A DNA stretch of 64,000 nt from a virus (lineage: Duplodnaviria; Caudoviricetes): IMG/VR virus record IMGVR_UViG_2639763012_000002, positions 1 to 64,000 of that record; one strand, 5' to 3'. Both the position numbers and the translations under genes were made by a program. How positions within the stretch are numbered: position 1 is the stretch's first letter; the number at the start of each line of letters is the position of its first letter. Shown piece by piece: positions 45,167 through 54,789 of this stretch. A model generated the notes under the pieces. That model ran no database searches, was not told where the DNA came from, and saw nothing but the letters and a program-made list of their open reading frames with translations.

Positions 45167-46162
45167 TCAGGCGATGCCGGGCCCGTAGAGGGCGCAGGCG
45201 AGGACGGATGAGACGAAGGGGATACGGGCCAGCCAGCGGGTGAGGGGGCCTTGGTGGCGGAGGCGCCACACGAGCCCTCCGGTGGGGCCGCAGATACCGG
45301 CGGCGACAACGAGGAGCGCGGTCTGCTGGTAGGTGAGGCCGGCGTACTGGGCGGCGTAGGGGGCGATGGCGGTGACGGCCAGCTCGCCGGATTGGCGGCC
45401 GACCTCGGCGGCGATGAGGATGGCGGCGATCTGCCCGAGGATGTGCAGGTACCGGGAGATGATGGGCGTGGTCACCAGCCACCACGTGCCGTAGCCGCAG
45501 GCGATGGCGCCTGCGGCGCCGAAAACTCCGCCGGCGGCCCATTCCGCTGCCGGGGGCAGGAGGCTGAGGTAGCTGGTGAGGCCGATATACGAGCCAGCCG
45601 CAGCGGCTGACCCGTTGTAGGCCAGCCACCTCCAGAACGGCTGCTGGAGGCGCTTGGGTACCAGCGCGGCGAGTGCGCCGCGTTCCCCGTCTTGAGCCGG
45701 GGCGGAGCGGGGTGCGGGTGGGTTGTCGGGCTCGTCTTCCGGGGGGGTCTCGCGTGGGCTGCGTGGGGGCCGGAGGCGTGCCGGCTCGTCGTCGCCTCCC
45801 TCGTCCTCAGGGTCGTCTTCCAGGCCGTCGTCCTTGGCGCCGTCGCCGCCCGACTTCGGCTGGGTGGGGCGATGCTCCTTGCCGAGGTCGATGGTTTGGC
45901 CGGGGGGCGGGAGGCTGCCGGCCGTGGTGACGCGCATGGGGCGGACACGGGGCTCGGGCGAGATCTCAGGGACCTCAGGGGGCGGGAGGGTGTTGTCCGG
46001 GACCAGTGCGCGGCTCTGCCCAGAGCTGCGCTTGATGCCGTCCTCGGCCCGGTCGGCGTAGTCCTTGGTGTCGTTGTCCTCGGATCCCGGGGCGGCGGCG
46101 GATGTCCCATCGAGGACGGCGTCGATGTTGGCGAGCACATCGTCGACGGAGTTGGTGCTCAC
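45167..46162 (-). CDS. Membrane protein with acidic/Pro-rich N-terminus
   Basis: RWLAYNGSAAAAG.., several TM helices, WLARIPFVSSVLA. Confidence 0.7.
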   Translation of the reverse strand: MSTNSVDDVLANIDAVLDGTSAAAPGSEDNDTKDYADRAEDGIKRSSGQSRALVPDNTLPPPEVPEISPEPRVRPMRVTTAGSLPPPGQTIDLGKEHRPTQPKSGGDGAKDDGLEDDPEDEGGDDEPARLRPPRSPRETPPEDEPDNPPAPRSAPAQDGERGALAALVPKRLQQPFWRWLAYNGSAAAAGSYIGLTSYLSLLPPAAEWAAGGVFGAAGAIACGYGTWWLVTTPIISRYLHILGQIAAILIAAEVGRQSGELAVTAIAPYAAQYAGLTYQQTALLVVAAGICGPTGGLVWRLRHQGPLTRWLARIPFVSSVLACALYGPGIA

Positions 46163-46606
46163 CGTGGGCCTCCAAAAGGGTGTGCGTCGGCTGCTATGAG
46201 TCGGTCGCGTATGGCGAGTTCGGGGTCGATCATCGGTTTCGTGCTCGGGGCGAGGGCTTGTTCGGGTGCCTGCTGTTTGAACTCTGCGGGGATGGGCGGG
46301 AGTTCGGTTTCGGGCGTGAGGTGTACAGGGCTGGGCTGTTGGGGCCCGGGGAGGAGGAGCCGCACGGTGGGGCTCCCCTCCCCCGGGGTGGTGGCCGGCC
46401 GGTAGCGGGCACGCCACCAGGTAGACGCCCAGGTCAGGGGGCTCATGGTCACCATCTCCCTCGGCGCCTCTGCCGGCCGCGGAGGGGTTCGCCGAACCGT
46501 TCGGCGGCGCGCTGTTGGTCCTCGTCGGCGGCGGCTCGCCGCTTGGAGAGCCGGGTGGTTCGGTCGGGACGGCCCATAGAGGAGCGTGGGGTTCGGCGGG
46601 GCCACA

Positions 46607-47284
46607 TCAGCTGGCCTTGGGGAGGAGACGGCGCAGGATGCGCCTGGTGGAGTCCTCGTTGGTGTCCGGGCCGTGGACGGTGCGGGCGTAGGCCACGACG
46701 TCATCCGGGTGCGTCTTGCCCATGCTGATCGCTGTCCGGACGGTGTCGGACAGGCGGCCGGACACGGTCTCGATCGGCCGGACTACGCGCTCCTTTTTGG
46801 CGGGGCGTTGCGTGGCGATGTACCGAGTGATGTTCGGGGCGAGGTCGAACCATTCGGTGTTGCCGTTGCGGTGTTGCGCGAAATGGCGGTGCAACGCCCG
46901 TTCCAGTTCGGGGCCGCCGTGCAACGCCAATAGGACGGCGTCGGAACGCAGAGCGAGGGAGCCGAGGCGGTTCTTGAGGTTGGTGGTGTAGCCGATCTTG
47001 ACTCGTCCGCCGTTGGCGATGAAGTACACGACGCTGTCGTGGACGCCGTGCAACAGGTCCTCGACCGTTGCGGTGCGGGTTGTTGCAACGAGGTCGTTGC
47101 GCACGGGGGGCGTCGCGGTGTTGCGCAACGCTGTTGCGAGTTGGTCGCGCAACACCTCGGGGATGAGAGTGAGGGCGATCTCGATGCGATGGGCGTTGCA
47201 CAGCGGGACGGGGCGGAGTGCGACGGCGTTGCGGTGGCAGGGCCGGCCGTCGTCCTCGGCGTTGCAGGTGGGTTCGGTGTTCAT
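46607..47284 (-). CDS. GIY-YIG-like (T5orf172/Mug113) domain protein
   Basis: VVYFIANGGRVKIGYTTNLKNRL..ELERALHRHFAQHRNGNTEWF. Confidence 0.85.
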   Translation of the reverse strand: MNTEPTCNAEDDGRPCHRNAVALRPVPLCNAHRIEIALTLIPEVLRDQLATALRNTATPPVRNDLVATTRTATVEDLLHGVHDSVVYFIANGGRVKIGYTTNLKNRLGSLALRSDAVLLALHGGPELERALHRHFAQHRNGNTEWFDLAPNITRYIATQRPAKKERVVRPIETVSGRLSDTVRTAISMGKTHPDDVVAYARTVHGPDTNEDSTRRILRRLLPKAS

Positions 47285-47745
47285 GGCGGGGGCCTTAGTC
47301 GAGTTCGGCTACGTCGGCGGGGTGGAAGAGGTTGTGGCCGTTGTCGTCGCGGCTGCGGGGGGTGAGGCGGCCTCGGTTGACCCAGGAGCGGACGGTGCCG
47401 GGAGAGACGCCTTTGAGCTTGGCGACCTGGGCGCCGGTGAGGAGGGGCTGGTCGTTGTCTGCTGCGACGTTGCGGGCGGCTTCCTCGACGACCTGTTCCA
47501 GATGCGACGTGTCGGCCGTTGCGGTGTTGCGGCTGCTGGGTGTTGCGGGCTCAGGCGCTGCAACGTCTTGGGGGGTGGTGTTGGGTGTTGCGACCGTTGC
47601 TGCCACGGGAGTTGCGGTGTTGCGGGGTGCACCGGGTGTTGCGATGCCTGGTGTTGCGGGCGGCGTTGCGGTGTTGCGGGTGCCGTTGCGGCGTTGCAGT
47701 GTCGCGGTGTTGCGGGCTGGCGTTGCGGGTCGGCGTTGCGATGCT
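46805..47745. repeat. Dense intragenic GTTGC(G) motif array
   Basis: About 17 copies in 47469-47740 and a dozen or more (both orientations) in 46805-47270. Confidence 0.75.
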
Positions 47746-48959
47746 TCGAGCACACGACGGTTCGCTTCCTCCCGCTCGGTGTTGATGCGCTCGATCTCGG
47801 CCTGGGCGCGGGCGTCTTCGATCTGCTCCTGCCGGCGGGCGGCGCGTTCCTCACGCTCCCGCTCGGCGGCGAGGCGGGCGGCCTCGGCGCGGGCGCGTTC
47901 CTCGGCGATGCGGCGTGCCTCCTCGGCTGCGGCCTGAGCGCGGGCCTGGGCAGCCTCGGTGTCGGCGTCCGCGGCGGCCTGGCGGGCGCGCAGTTCGGCG
48001 AGCCGGGTGGCCTCCTCTTCGTCGGCGAGGCGCCGCTGCCGTTCCGCCTCCTCGCGGCGGGCTTCCTCTTCCTCGGCGGCGCGCTTCCGCTCCTTCTCGG
48101 CGGCCTCGTCGGCGCGCCGCAGCTCCTCGTCGACGTCGCGCTTCTGGTTGGTGTGCTGGCTGGTGCGGCGCATGGCGCGCAGGCTCTGCTGGTGCGCTGC
48201 TTCGGCGCGTTCCTCGCGCTCCTGGTCAGGCAGGGCGAGGGCCTCGGCGAGGGGGAGACCGTAGCGGGCCATGCGCAGTGGCAGGACGCGTTCCGCGCTG
48301 CGCCACCACAGCCGGCCGTGCTCCTCCCGCATCCGGGCGCGGTAGACCTTCATGTCGCGGCGGCGGTCGACCACTTCGCGGTAGGTGGTGAGGCCGTGGC
48401 GGGTCTGGGCGCGCCAGATGCGGGCGGTGGCGATGGGGGCGACGAGCCACATGCGGCCGGGTGGGTATTCGGTGGCGGTTCCGGCGTTGATGTCGGCGGC
48501 GCGGGCGATGGCGTGCCGGGCGGCCTCGGCGACGAGGATGAACAGGCATGGGGTGGTGGCGTGCATGGCCATGGCCAGCATGTCGGGGTAGGCCGACCAG
48601 GCGTTGAACACTACGGTGGCGGCGGTCAGCGTCCATGCGGCGGGGCGCAGCAGGGGGAAGGGGATACGCAGCCACGTGAGGAGGAGGTCCAGGGCGACGC
48701 AGATCCCGATGCCGAAGTCGAGGCCGATGGGGAACCAGGCCGCGAACGACCCGAAGCCCTTGCGCTCGGCCAGCTCGGCGACGGCGTGGTAGGAGCCGAC
48801 GAACCCGATGCCGGCGATGACGAGGGCGCCGGCGATGACGATGCCGACGAGGGCCCACTGGCCGCGGCTCAGCTCAACGCGCGGCCGGAGGGCTTCGCGG
48901 GGCTGGGTGGCGGGGTGAGGCTGCTCCCGGGGTGGGGTGGGGGCGGCCTGGGCTTGCAT
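47295..48959 (-). CDS. DUF2637 (spread-like) membrane protein with coiled coil and C-terminal MerR/xis-type HTH
   Basis: GFVGSYHAVAELA..FPIGLD..ATVVFNA..; LLTGAQVAKLKGVSPGTVRSWVNRGRL. Confidence 0.85.
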   Translation of the reverse strand: MQAQAAPTPPREQPHPATQPREALRPRVELSRGQWALVGIVIAGALVIAGIGFVGSYHAVAELAERKGFGSFAAWFPIGLDFGIGICVALDLLLTWLRIPFPLLRPAAWTLTAATVVFNAWSAYPDMLAMAMHATTPCLFILVAEAARHAIARAADINAGTATEYPPGRMWLVAPIATARIWRAQTRHGLTTYREVVDRRRDMKVYRARMREEHGRLWWRSAERVLPLRMARYGLPLAEALALPDQEREERAEAAHQQSLRAMRRTSQHTNQKRDVDEELRRADEAAEKERKRAAEEEEARREEAERQRRLADEEEATRLAELRARQAAADADTEAAQARAQAAAEEARRIAEERARAEAARLAAEREREERAARRQEQIEDARAQAEIERINTEREEANRRVLEASQRRPATPARNTATLQRRNGTRNTATPPATPGIATPGAPRNTATPVAATVATPNTTPQDVAAPEPATPSSRNTATADTSHLEQVVEEAARNVAADNDQPLLTGAQVAKLKGVSPGTVRSWVNRGRLTPRSRDDNGHNLFHPADVAELD

Positions 48960-48998
48960 GGCAGTGGGTCCTCTCTCGGGTGGGAGTCGGGGGTCGGG

Positions 48999-49292
48999 TC
49001 AGGGGAGGAAGGCGGCGAGGGTGGTGATGCCGATCAGTTCGAGCGAGAGGTAGGCCCCGATGGCGCTGGCGGCGATGATGAGGGCCGCGATGACGGCGAC
49101 CGTGGGGTGCCCGACGATGACGTTTTCGATCAGGTTGGGGTGCCGGATGCCGTCCCGGTCGATGGGGATGAGGCCGTCGTGGGCCGCGTTGCGGTGGGCG
49201 AACATGTCGTCGTGGGCGTCGGCGTGCTCAATGTCGCCGGTGCGCAGGGGCCCGATGTAGGGGCACTGGTTGCACTGGTAGACGAGAGGCAT
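48999..49292 (-). CDS. Zn-finger membrane protein (paralog of 6531 and 60928 genes)
   Basis: YQCNQC...HRNAAHDGLIP plus C-terminal TM. Confidence 0.7.
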   Translation of the reverse strand: MPLVYQCNQCPYIGPLRTGDIEHADAHDDMFAHRNAAHDGLIPIDRDGIRHPNLIENVIVGHPTVAVIAALIIAASAIGAYLSLELIGITTLAAFLP

Positions 49293-49393
49293 GGGGCTGC
49301 TCCTGGCGGCGGGTTAGGTGAGTGCGGTGGTGGCCCAGATGGCGAGTGCCAGGGCGTGTGCGATGAGCGCGATGAGGGCGACGGTGCGGAGGC

Positions 49394-49780
49394 TCACGAG
49401 GTGGTGAGGACGAGAGCGAGGGCCACGATGGCGCCCGCGATCAGGCAGGCGAACAAGAGGAGGTCGTGCCCGGTGGGCTCGGTGCCGGTGGCGGGGCGCG
49501 TGGTGTTGAGGAGCGCGGTGCATTGAGCCGCGTGGGCCTGGGCTTGTCCGTGAGCGTTCTCGTGCCAGATGTGGTGGCGGCTGGCCGGGCAGGCGGCGCA
49601 GGACCATTCGGAGTCGGACGCCTGGTCGTCGGTGACGTTCACGACGTGGTCGCGGTCACCGAGCGCGGTGCCGGCGGCGGTGAGGTAGCGGTGGGTGGTG
49701 CTGGCCGGCGAGGGATGCGGGTCGGCGGGGCGGGGTGTGCGTCCGATGTGGAGATGGGCGCGGAGGCGGCGGCTGTTCAT
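49394..49780 (-). CDS. Zn-finger membrane protein
   Basis: RYLTAAG, WSCAAC..AQAHAAQCTA, C-terminal TM. Confidence 0.65.
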   Translation of the reverse strand: MNSRRLRAHLHIGRTPRPADPHPSPASTTHRYLTAAGTALGDRDHVVNVTDDQASDSEWSCAACPASRHHIWHENAHGQAQAHAAQCTALLNTTRPATGTEPTGHDLLLFACLIAGAIVALALVLTTS

Positions 49781-49826
49781 GGCTGCGGGGTCTCCTGACT
49801 GTGGCGATGGGGCGGAGTGGTGCGGG

Positions 49827-50609
49827 TCAGCCAGCGGTGGCGTTGGCGGCGTGGGCGCGGAGGTGGCGGATCTCCGCGCAGGGCCCGTTGGTGGCGCACC
49901 CGGATTCCCAACTGGTCTCGGGCACGGTCCGGCCGAACATGTCGCTGGCGACCTGAGCGACGATCCGGCTCATCTGCGGGTCGGAGGGCCGGCACAGGCT
50001 GGCCTGGGTTCCGACGCCGTGGCGTTGGGCGCTGAGGACGTGTTGGCGGGCCTGCTTCCCGGCCCACCTGCGGGCGTTGGGGCCGGTGTTGGCCTGCACG
50101 TGCCCGATGTCGTGGAGGGTGTTGGCGTGGCAGCGAGTGCAGTGGTAGGTGACGAGCGGCTGATCGGGCCGGTTGGGGCTCCGGGAGCCGTGGTACTCGT
50201 AGACGATGACCTGGCTGTTCCCGTCGGGGTGGGGGTGGGTGGTGAGGATGCCGCGGCCGTCCGGGTGCCAGGTGAGGTTGGGGATGTAGTCGGCCCACCC
50301 GGAGCCTTCGGGCCAGAACTCGTAGATGTGGCCCTGACGCTGGTCGAAGGTCGCGGTGCCGTCGGCGTTCTCAGCCTGGTACTGCTGCACCTGCTCAATG
50401 GGGCCGAAGTAGAGGGCGGAGTGTTCCTCCGACTCCAGGAAGATGAGGCCGTAGCCGTCGGGCCGCTTGTGCTCGTCAGCGAGGAAGGCGGTCATCTCGT
50501 CGAACCGGGGGTGGGCGGGGGTGAGGTAGCCGACGATCGGGAGCCGGTAGCGGTCGGCGCCGGTGACTCGGGCGGGGTGGGTGTCGCTGACGTAGTGGTA
50601 CGTGGTCAT
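49827..50609 (-). CDS. Hypothetical protein with C-terminal Zn-binding motifs
   Basis: 260-aa ORF; YHCTRCH..ARQH, CATNGPC. Confidence 0.7.
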   Translation of the reverse strand: MTTYHYVSDTHPARVTGADRYRLPIVGYLTPAHPRFDEMTAFLADEHKRPDGYGLIFLESEEHSALYFGPIEQVQQYQAENADGTATFDQRQGHIYEFWPEGSGWADYIPNLTWHPDGRGILTTHPHPDGNSQVIVYEYHGSRSPNRPDQPLVTYHCTRCHANTLHDIGHVQANTGPNARRWAGKQARQHVLSAQRHGVGTQASLCRPSDPQMSRIVAQVASDMFGRTVPETSWESGCATNGPCAEIRHLRAHAANATAG

Positions 50610-50655
50610 GGCTGGGCCTCTCGTGGTCCTAGGGCGGATGGCGGATGGGGGCTGC

Positions 50656-51450
50656 TTATCGCTGCGGGATGCGGACGCGGCCGGACTTGGTGCGGGTGCG
50701 CACAGACAGGCGGGCGGCGATGGCCGGTGCGGTGGCGGTGATGGTGATGTCGCCGGACCTCGTGTCGGCGGTGATGCCGCACTCTGCGGTGGCGTGGGCG
50801 GCGATGTCGCCGGACTCGGTGGTGGCCCAGATGTGGCCGCTCGCGTTGAGGATGTTGATGTCGCCGGATCGGGTGTTGGCGTCGGCGATTTGGGTGTGGC
50901 CGAGGGTGATGTTGCCGAGGTGGGTTTTCGCGCTGGTGTTGGCGGCCCGCTCGATGTGGATGTGGCCGGACTGGGTGGCGGCGGTGGCGTCTGTGATCGT
51001 CCCGGCGATGGTGATGTCCGCCGAGTTGGTGCGGGCGGTGACCGAGCTGTTCTCGGGCACGGTGACGTCGATGGTGATCGGCGCCGGTTGTTGGGGCGCG
51101 GTGGCGGTGAGTGTGGCCTGGCTGCCGCCGAGGTGGATAGCGCCGTTGATGGTGTCGGCCTGGATGGTGGGCGCCCCGCTGCTGGCGGGGTTGATGATGT
51201 TCCGTGCGTGGTGGCGGGTGGCGTGGCTGTTGTTGATGGCCCTGACGATGAGCCTCGCGCCGTCCTGTCGGAGGGTGGCCGTGCGGACGATGTCGGCGGC
51301 CGGGCCCGACCGGCTGCTGGTGCGGATGGTGAGGGTGGCGCGCGTGCACTGGGGGGTGGCGCGGACGGTGATGGTGCCGGGGTGGTTGAGGAGGTGGGCG
51401 TCGATGGTGATGGGTCCGGTGGTGTTGGCGGTGAGGGTGCGGATGGTCAC
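50656..51450 (-). CDS. DUF4097-like beta-strand repeat protein
   Basis: Repeated TxSGDI motifs (TNSADI, TQSGHI, TRSGDI, TESGDI, TKSGRV). Confidence 0.85.
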   Translation of the reverse strand: MTIRTLTANTTGPITIDAHLLNHPGTITVRATPQCTRATLTIRTSSRSGPAADIVRTATLRQDGARLIVRAINNSHATRHHARNIINPASSGAPTIQADTINGAIHLGGSQATLTATAPQQPAPITIDVTVPENSSVTARTNSADITIAGTITDATAATQSGHIHIERAANTSAKTHLGNITLGHTQIADANTRSGDINILNASGHIWATTESGDIAAHATAECGITADTRSGDITITATAPAIAARLSVRTRTKSGRVRIPQR

Positions 51451-51490
51451 GGTGTCGTCTCCTGGTAGGGGCGCGGTGATGGTTGGGGGT

Positions 51491-51554
51491 TGGTGCCCTG
51501 GGCGGGTCTCGAATCCGCTGTGCTGCTCCCCTGGTTGGGGCCAGCTGCCAGGGC
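51491..51554 (-). ncRNA. 64-nt tRNA-like element (acceptor stem, T-arm, encoded CCA; no normal D/anticodon arms)
   Basis: GCCCTGG...GCGGA-TTCGAGA-CCCGC-CCAGGGC-ACCA on the minus strand. Confidence 0.65.
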
Positions 51555-52478
51555 TGGGGGCCTACTGGCCTCGGGTGGCGGCCTCGCGGGCCTGTCGGAC
51601 GTGGTCGGGCGAGTCGGGGGGTGGGGGCGGCGGGTCGCTGCCTTCGGCGGGCGCGGAGGGGTTGCTCATCTTGGTTGTTGTGTCCTGTTCTGGGTGGGGG
51701 CTGGCCGGCCGTGTGCAGGTGGGCCGGCCAGCCCCAGGGTTATCGGTTGGGGCGTCTCATCGGGGCGGAGGTGGGGGGTTGGGGCAGGCGTGCACGTCCC
51801 CGACGGGGATGGGCCGCTGGCACCCGGGGCAGGTCACGAACGGCCGCGCGGGCGGGTAGTTCGTCATCGCCGCCCCTGTGCGGTGCTGGGGTGCGGGGCG
51901 GGGATGGTCCTCGACTTGAGTACTTGGGCTCCGCAGGAGCAGGCCCACCATCCGTTGCCCACGCTGTTCGTGAAGCCGCACTTGTGGGCCACGTCAGAAC
52001 CCCTCGCTGCTCCGGTCGCAGGCGCCGCACGTGCAGGTGCGGGTCCGGCGATCAGCGCTGTAGGTCCACTTGTGCTTGTGCGCCATCAGCGGCCCCCGTT
52101 CGTGGGCCCGCTGTCCGGCTGGGGGGGCTCGCTGCGCTGGGTGGGGTCGGGGTACCAGGGGTGCGGGTCGCATTGCGGGCAGCCGCTGCTGGCGGAGCAG
52201 TTGGGGCCGTGGGTTCCGCTGGTCACCGGGTGCCTCCGATGAGGGTGGCGGCGTGGTGGCCGGCCCGGGCGCGCCCGGTGGGGGTGTAGGGCGGGATGGT
52301 GGGCGGGGTGGTGCCGGTGGGCCGCACGGGGGTGCGGCGTGTACAGGTAGCGCGTTCGCGGATACGCTGCACGGCGATCCTCCTTCTTGATCTTGCGGTT
52401 GGGTTGGGGGTCAGCGGTCCCCGCTGCCATATGGCGCTGCAATCGCCGGCAGTCGGGGGCCGTTTCTCGCGTCCGGGC

Positions 52479-52652
52479 TCAGGTGGCCGGGGACAGCTCC
52501 TCGGCGTGGACGGTGGACTCGCGGCCGTCGTCCTCGCGGATGCGGACCAGGTTGCCGTTGGCGGTGGTGACCTTGCCGGTCTCGCCGCCCTTGTGTCGGG
52601 TGGGCTGGATCGGGCTGGTGACGGTGACGCGGTCACCCGGGCTGTACGTCAT
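52479..52652 (-). CDS. Small KOW/SH3-like protein
   Basis: YSPGDRVTVT..HKGGETGKVT..VRIREDDG; AGGA RBS. Confidence 0.7.
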   Translation of the reverse strand: MTYSPGDRVTVTSPIQPTRHKGGETGKVTTANGNLVRIREDDGRESTVHAEELSPAT

Positions 52653-52731
52653 ATGACATTCCTGTTTGCTCATCAGGGTTGGGTTGGGACCAGCGGCCCG
52701 GGGCGTTCCAGCGCCCGGCGGGCCTCAGGGG

Positions 52732-52920
52732 TCAGGCCGCGAGGTGGCCTTTCACCTCGGACTCGGGGATACGGATCGCGCCTCCCGGGCCACTGTCCGG
52801 GGCGCCCGGGGTCACGAGGCGGCCGTAGCGGTACGCCTGAAGGCGTCCGATCTTGACCCATCGGTAGACGGTGGACGGGTGCACCTTGAGTCGGGCCGCC
52901 ACCTCCTTCACGCGCAGCAT
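52732..52920 (-). CDS. Excisionase-like HTH (HTH_17) protein, Cro-like position
   Basis: MLRVKEVAARLKVHPSTVYRWVKIGRLQAYR..IRIPESEV. Confidence 0.88.
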   Translation of the reverse strand: MLRVKEVAARLKVHPSTVYRWVKIGRLQAYRYGRLVTPGAPDSGPGGAIRIPESEVKGHLAA

Positions 52921-53084
52921 TTGTCGCTCCTGATCTGGTAGTTGCAGGCTTCGCGCCTGTCGCAGAGCTTAATAGCTCGCCGACCTTTTTAGCAAGCTCT
53001 TGGGGGTAGAAGTGGATCTACGCAGGTGGGAGGCTTACTCATTAAGGATCTAAGGTGGCGCCTGCCGTCACATGGAGGGGCAGC
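52921..53084. promoter_or_regulatory. AT-rich divergent control region (xis-like gene vs GntR repressor)
   Basis: Low GC; AGAGCTT...AAGCTCT inverted repeat. Confidence 0.6.
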
Positions 53085-53840
53085 ATGACTAAGAAGCAGT
53101 GGGACAGGCGTCCGGCCGCCGAACGGATCGCGGCCAGCATCCGAACAATGATCATGAGAGGAGAGGAAGGGTGGGAGCCGGCGGCACAGCTCCCGACCAC
53201 AGCAGACTTGATGGCCGAGCACGGGGTCTCCAACGTGACGATCCAGAGGGCTGTCGGCGTTCTCAAGTCGGAGGGCCTGCTGGTTGGGCGCTCCGGGAGT
53301 GGCGTCTACGTGAGGGATGAGGCGCCACACGTCATCACACCGGCGTCGTACATCTCGCCGGAACCCGACAGCGCTGCGGACCGCTGGAAAATCAGCGCCT
53401 CTCACCGCGGCCGAGAGACCAACCGCGTCCTGGCAGCCGGGGAGATCGTCGCCCCCAAGCGGGTCGCCGAGGCGTTGGGCGAGGAGACGGTGATCCGCCG
53501 CAAGCGCCTGGGGTTGCTCGATGGGGAGCCTGCGGAGGTGACCTACTCGTACTACCCCGCCTCATGGGCGCGGGGGACAGAGCTTGCGCAGCGGAGGAAG
53601 ATCCGCGGCGGATCGCCACGGGTCCTCGCCGAGCTGGGGCACCGCTTGGCACCTCCTCAGGTGGATGAGGTTTCCGCGAGGTGGGCGACGCCTGAGGAGT
53701 ACGAGCTGCTCCAACTCCCTGGCGATGTACCGGTTTTCGACGTGTTCCGCATGGTGCCCGACAGCGAGGGGGTGGCGGTTGAGGTCACCGAGCTGATTAA
53801 GCCTGGGCACATTTTCAAGCTGGGGTACCGCGTGTCCTGA
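53085..53840 (+). CDS. GntR/HutC (UTRA) repressor, KorSA-like
   Basis: LPTTADLMAEHGVSNVTIQRAVGVLKSEGLLVGRSGSGVYV plus UTRA domain. Confidence 0.92.
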   Translation: MTKKQWDRRPAAERIAASIRTMIMRGEEGWEPAAQLPTTADLMAEHGVSNVTIQRAVGVLKSEGLLVGRSGSGVYVRDEAPHVITPASYISPEPDSAADRWKISASHRGRETNRVLAAGEIVAPKRVAEALGEETVIRRKRLGLLDGEPAEVTYSYYPASWARGTELAQRRKIRGGSPRVLAELGHRLAPPQVDEVSARWATPEEYELLQLPGDVPVFDVFRMVPDSEGVAVEVTELIKPGHIFKLGYRVS

Positions 53841-53882
53841 CCTGCGAGGCCAGCCTCAACAGGCACACAACAAACGCAAAGC

Positions 53883-53911
53883 TTGCCGCAATTTCTATTA
53901 TGCTTTACGGT
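53883..53911 (+). promoter_or_regulatory. Sigma70-type promoter of the rightward early operon
   Basis: TTGCCG-17-TACGGT in an AT-rich intergenic region. Confidence 0.5.
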
Positions 53912-54036
53912 GTTACTCAGTGCCACGCAGTGAACGCGTAAAGACCCCCAGGGCGCCGCAGTGGCGACATCCTGAGGGCCGGCACCAGCGGACTGCCATC
54001 CGCTGATCAATGAGTCCCTGCTGGAAGGACTACGCA

Positions 54037-54789
54037 ATGAGCGTAGCAACGCCGATGCCGCCTGCCCGTGTGCAGGCTGAGCACGCCCGCCCCACCCCGG
54101 CCGCCGAGGCTGACGGCTGGTGGCCCGCCGGCCATCCGCACCCCGCGTGGTGTGCGCGTGACGAGCATGACGACACCGAGCCGGCCATGTACTCCTGTGT
54201 GGGTGACTCCGCCCGTACGGACCTGTCTCTCCCTCAGCATCAGGCCGTTGCTGGCATGGGCCTGTGGCTCCAGGTTGAGGTGCAGCAGCATGTGGCTGAT
54301 GAGGCGCCGACGGTCCACGTGATGGCGGGGGACCTGGCTGAGCAGGAGCGTGTGTTGACAGTGGATGAGGCTGAGGCGCATGCGCGGGATCTGCTGGAGG
54401 CGGTGCGCGCGGTGCGGGCCGAGTCCGGGGCGTGCTTCGGAGCGTCCGTGGCTGCTGTCTCGGTGCCGGCGTGGTCGCCGGGGCCAGGTGTGGCGGTGGA
54501 GTGGGGTGTGCGTTTGCCGGACATTGGTGGTGAGCCGGCTGAGGTGGATGTGCGGGATAACCTGGCGGACGCCTTGGCGGCGTTGGGGCGGTACTCGTCG
54601 GTGGTGACGGGCGTGGCGCTGGTGTGGCGTGCGGTGCAGCTCGGCGAGTGGGTGGTGGCTGCTGAGGCGGGGGGGAGCCTGGCGCCTGCTGTGGCTGACG
54701 GGAACTGCTCGGTGACGCACGGCCGTTCGCAGGGTGAGGGCTACAGCACCCACGGTGAGGCCGTGGCGCAGAATGGGGGCAGGGCGTGA
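54037..54789 (+). CDS. Hypothetical protein (DUF6907-like)
   Basis: HPAWCARDEH..LTVDEAEAHARDLL; AAGGA RBS. Confidence 0.6.
   Translation: MSVATPMPPARVQAEHARPTPAAEADGWWPAGHPHPAWCARDEHDDTEPAMYSCVGDSARTDLSLPQHQAVAGMGLWLQVEVQQHVADEAPTVHVMAGDLAEQERVLTVDEAEAHARDLLEAVRAVRAESGACFGASVAAVSVPAWSPGPGVAVEWGVRLPDIGGEPAEVDVRDNLADALAALGRYSSVVTGVALVWRAVQLGEWVVAAEAGGSLAPAVADGNCSVTHGRSQGEGYSTHGEAVAQNGGRA

Noticed and set aside
51491-51554. Functional tRNA gene or attachment site
   Set aside because: No D-arm or 7-nt anticodon loop; no second copy or integrase seen; kept only as a tRNA-like element
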